Source: Alphaproteobacteria bacterium (GTDB taxonomy: Bacteria > Pseudomonadota > Alphaproteobacteria > JAAXGF01). From it: a stretch of DNA of 64,000 nucleotides. Shown one piece after another: positions 60,874 through 64,000 of this stretch; within the stretch, counting starts at the first letter, position 1, and each line of letters starts with the position of its first letter. Where the stretch lies: assembly GCA_963555825.3 (NCBI GenBank), contig CAUVXB020000002.1, positions 224,001-288,000 of the forward strand, in the 5' to 3' direction. Made by a program: the position numbers and the translations under genes. The notes beneath the pieces are model-generated. The model saw only the letters and a program-made list of their open reading frames with translations. It did not search any database and was not told the origin of the DNA.

Positions 60874-61628
60874 CCGTCGAGCCAGCGGACCTCGGTCTCG
60901 ATACGGCCGTCGGCGTGCAGCCGGATGCGGCGGTAGCCCGGCGGCTCGTCGCCGATGCCCAGCTCGCCGCCCGGCGTCCGCTTGAACTGGAAGCAGGTCG
61001 AGGGCGTCGCCATCAGACGCATGGCCCCGCGGCTATCGTCGAACGGCTGGTGGATGTGGCCCCACAACAGGCCACGCACCCGCGGGTGCCGGTCGAGCAC
61101 GGCGAACAGTTCTTGCGGGTTCGCCAGGCTGACGAAGTCGCGCCAGGCGCCGCCGACGACGACCGGGTGATGGTGCAGGCAGACCAGCGCATGGCGCGCC
61201 GGGTCGTCGCCGAGTGCCGCCTCGAGTGCCGCAAGTTCGCTCTCGGCGAGTTCGCCATCGTCTTCGTCGGCGATCGCCGAATCGAGGAACACGATCTGCC
61301 AGCCGTCGGCAACAAGCCGCCGGCCGACGTGGAGGCCGTCGCCCGGCAGCACCGCGGCGAGCGTCGCCGGATGGTCGTGATTGCCGGGCAGACAGTGGAC
61401 CGGCGCACCGAGCCGGCCGGCCAGCGCCTTGAAGCGGCGATAGCTCGCCGGCGTGCCGTCCTGCGACAGATCGCCCGTCGCGAGCACAATGTCGGGCGCC
61501 TCGGCGCGGACGCGCTCGACGACCGCCGCAAGCGTCGCCTGGGTGTCGACCTCGCGCAGCCGCCCGTCCGGCTCGGCGAGCAGGTGGCAGTCGGTGATCT
61601 GGACGAGATGCAAGCTGTCTTCGGTCAT
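60870..61628 (-). CDS. cpdA: 3',5'-cyclic nucleotide phosphodiesterase (metallophosphoesterase)
   Basis: TDCH, GDLSQD, PGNHD, HHHP, GHIH, TPSTCFQF. Confidence 0.9.
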   Translation of the reverse strand: MTEDSLHLVQITDCHLLAEPDGRLREVDTQATLAAVVERVRAEAPDIVLATGDLSQDGTPASYRRFKALAGRLGAPVHCLPGNHDHPATLAAVLPGDGLHVGRRLVADGWQIVFLDSAIADEDDGELAESELAALEAALGDDPARHALVCLHHHPVVVGGAWRDFVSLANPQELFAVLDRHPRVRGLLWGHIHQPFDDSRGAMRLMATPSTCFQFKRTPGGELGIGDEPPGYRRIRLHADGRIETEVRWLDG

Positions 61629-61641
61629 CGGCGCGATCTTA

Positions 61642-61938
61642 TACCAAGGACCAGTGATAAAGGCCCCTAAAGATCGCGTCCGCTTTTCGCCGGGTAGGCA
61701 AGCAGCCGCGGGCGATGCAGCGCATCGGCTAGGCAACCTGGCGCCCTCCGGCGATAAGCGGACGCGACCCGAAGGGCGGCTTGCCGAGGCTCTCGCCCGC
61801 TATCAGATTGGCGGACGTCGTTGCGCCCGCCTTGCGATGCCCCTCCTATTGCCATACATCGGCATCGCCGCGACGGGCGCGCCTAGCCGAGAACCACGGC
61901 AAGCCGTCTCCATGGGTCTTTATCACTGGTCCTTGGTA
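61642..61938. mobile_element. MITE-like element, family B, copy 2 (297 bp, inverted)
   Basis: Same inverted repeats as 12467-12728. Interior is the reverse complement of copy 1 with an enlarged hairpin loop. Confidence 0.9.
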
Positions 61939-61967
61939 TTACCCGAACTTCTCACCATGGATTTCTG

Positions 61968-63104
61968 CTAGATTGCTGCCGTCAGGAATTCGTCGAAGCG
62001 CGCCAAGGCTTCGGGAAAGCTTCTCCGGCACAGGCCGAGACGAAAATGACGATCGCCGGCGTCGAAACAGAGGCTTGGCGCGAGCGCGAGCGAGGCCTCG
62101 TTGACCAAACGATCGCTCAAGGCCTTCGTGCCGCCGGGTCCCAACCAGCGCGGAAATGTCAGCGCCCCGGCGCCGGGCGGCGTCCACGCGAACAGGTTGT
62201 CGTGACGATTGAAGAACGCGTTGGCGGCCGCAAGACCCTTCGCAAGAATGGCGCTGTTTCGTTCGAGCAGGGCCGCTTCATGGCGGAACGCGACGGCCGC
62301 CAGGAATTCGATCGGTCCCGGCAGGTAGCAGTTGAAGAGGTTCTTTGCCCTGCTGACAGCGCCCATCGTGGTTTTGTCGCGCGTCGCCAGCCAGCCGACC
62401 CGAAGACCGGGCAGGCCACAGGTCTTCGACAGTCCGTGCAGCGACACCGCTCGTTCGTAGCGGCACGCCAGGTTTGGTGGCGCCGCGCCGCCGATCGGCA
62501 GGCCGGCATAGATCTCGTCCGCGAGCAGGAGCGCGCCGCTGTCACGAAGTACCTCTGTGAAGGCGCTCAGAAAGTCGTCGTCCGGCATGAATCCGGTCGG
62601 GTTCTGCGGCAACGTCGCGACGACCATTTTGGTTGGTTCGCGCATCAGCGCGCGCAACTCGTCGAGATCCGGAACCCAGTCATTTTCCTCGCGCGCCGGC
62701 CACGGCACGGCCGTCGCGCCGCGCCATTTCGGCAGGTCCAAATGGGGTGGGTAACACGGTGTCAGGACGACCACCCGATCGCCCGGCTCGACGTGGGCGA
62801 CGAACAGCAAGCCCAAGGCCTCGTCGAGACCGCTCGTGATCAGCACGCCGTCGGCATCGATGCCGTCGAATTTGGCTGCGACCCGCTCGCGAAGCTCGAT
62901 CGGAGCGTAACGGTGCGGATAGTCCAAACCCAACCCCGCGAACGCTTCGGCAGCGCCGGTCTCCAGGGCGAGAAGCTCTTTCTGGCTCACGGGCTCCGCG
63001 GCGGACGCGCTGAGTTTGTAGCGCGCACGCATCGCCGCGGGACTGTCAAAAAACGCTTGCAGGGTTTGGCGTGAAAGATTGGCCATGGACGCAGTTGATC
63101 CCAT
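61968..63104 (-). CDS. Class I/II PLP-dependent aminotransferase-fold enzyme
   Basis: PQNPTG, ADEIY, GLSKTCGLPGLRVGW. Start at 63104 or 63086. Confidence 0.88.
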   Translation of the reverse strand: MGSTASMANLSRQTLQAFFDSPAAMRARYKLSASAAEPVSQKELLALETGAAEAFAGLGLDYPHRYAPIELRERVAAKFDGIDADGVLITSGLDEALGLLFVAHVEPGDRVVVLTPCYPPHLDLPKWRGATAVPWPAREENDWVPDLDELRALMREPTKMVVATLPQNPTGFMPDDDFLSAFTEVLRDSGALLLADEIYAGLPIGGAAPPNLACRYERAVSLHGLSKTCGLPGLRVGWLATRDKTTMGAVSRAKNLFNCYLPGPIEFLAAVAFRHEAALLERNSAILAKGLAAANAFFNRHDNLFAWTPPGAGALTFPRWLGPGGTKALSDRLVNEASLALAPSLCFDAGDRHFRLGLCRRSFPEALARFDEFLTAAI

Positions 63105-63278
63105 TCTCGTTCCGCGGAGGCGGTATTTCGGCTGAAGCGATAGTGGACAATTCGAATGGCAGAATACATCGCATGTTCGCCTGAGAAACAACCATCCGCT
63201 CCCGATGCTGTCAACGGCGCGCCTGTCCCTGGTCACTGCTCCTTGGTATAAGTTGTCGCGAAACACGTGGAGCAAGGG

Positions 63279-64000
63279 ATGACACGCAACACAGTGGATG
63301 ACGGCGGGCTCGCCGACCTGCTGGCCGGGGCCGGCTCGGCGCTGTCGGTCGGCGAGGTCGATGCGTTGATCGCCGGCGTCGTCGCGGCGCCCCAAGGCGT
63401 CGACGGCGCGGCCTGGATGACGCTGGTGACGCCCAATCCCGGCGACGCGCTGCGGACCGCGCTCGGCGCCCGCCTCGATGCCGCATACGCGGCCGTCGAC
63501 GATGGCATGACCGACGGTCCGGCGCCGGCCGAGCGCCTCGCGGAATTGCGTGCCGAGCTGGCGCGCCGCGAGCTTACCGGCTTCGTCGTGCCGCGCGCCG
63601 ATCCGCACCACAGCGAGGACCTGCCGCGCGGCGCCGAGCGCCTGGCATGGCTCACCGGCTTCTCGGGTTCGGCCGGCGTTGCCGTCGTGCTCGCCGAGCA
63701 CGCGGCGATATTCATCGACGGCCGCTACACTCTGCAGGTCCGCTCACAAGTCGACGGCGCGGCCTTCGAGTACCGCCACCTGATCGACGAGCCGCCGCAC
63801 GACTGGGTCGCCCGGAACCTCGAGGCGGGCGACCGGCTCGGCTACGACCCCTGGCTGCACACGCCCGACGGGCTGGCGCGCTACCGCACGGCGTGCAAGA
63901 AGGCGGGCGCCGAGCTGGTCGCCTGCGACGACAATCCACTCGACGCCGTCTGGCAAGACCAGCCGCCGCCGCCGATCGCGCCCGTCGTCGCCCACGAACC
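63279..64000 (+). CDS. pepP: Xaa-Pro aminopeptidase (partial; runs off the window end)
   Basis: Manual translation: RLAELRAEL..GFVVPRADPHHSE..ERLAWLTGFSGSAG..FIDGRYTLQ..GYDPWLHT..NPLDAVW. Confidence 0.9.
   Translation, partial: MTRNTVDDGGLADLLAGAGSALSVGEVDALIAGVVAAPQGVDGAAWMTLVTPNPGDALRTALGARLDAAYAAVDDGMTDGPAPAERLAELRAELARRELTGFVVPRADPHHSEDLPRGAERLAWLTGFSGSAGVAVVLAEHAAIFIDGRYTLQVRSQVDGAAFEYRHLIDEPPHDWVARNLEAGDRLGYDPWLHTPDGLARYRTACKKAGAELVACDDNPLDAVWQDQPPPPIAPVVAHE

Noticed and set aside
1-64000. tRNA, rRNA, prophage or integrase genes; many long antisense ORFs in the track
   Set aside because: None recognised. The long overlapping ORFs are typical high-GC shadow frames of the genes called above.

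Overview
High-GC alphaproteobacterial (Rhodospirillales-like, inferred from gene content) chromosome segment. Bases 1-10 kb are core: dnaG, yqeY, carA, carB, greA, an ELM1-family gene, trxB and a LysR regulator, followed by a probable AbcR-like sRNA. Bases 10-25 kb hold a carnitine/betaine-type catabolic cluster, a SAM-cyclase-ATPase-TPR protein and oxidoreductases. Bases 24.8-37 kb hold the two best candidate systems. The first is a co-oriented large PLP decarboxylase + ATP-grasp ligase + C45 Ntn-hydrolase trio. The second, converging on it, is a translationally coupled pair: a TIR-TM-16xWD40 protein (split by an IS3-type element with a 14-bp target duplication) and a TPR/TRAF-BD-SLOG-class III cyclase with non-canonical specificity residues. 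Bases 42-49 kb are an IS-damaged accessory patch. Bases 49-64 kb are mostly housekeeping and metabolic genes (NAD kinase, hemA, cyclase/cpdA, pepP). Intergenic space carries four related ~260-300 bp inverted-repeat elements that share a covarying two-armed fold, one nested inside another. All family assignments come from motif recognition by eye; no database search was run.
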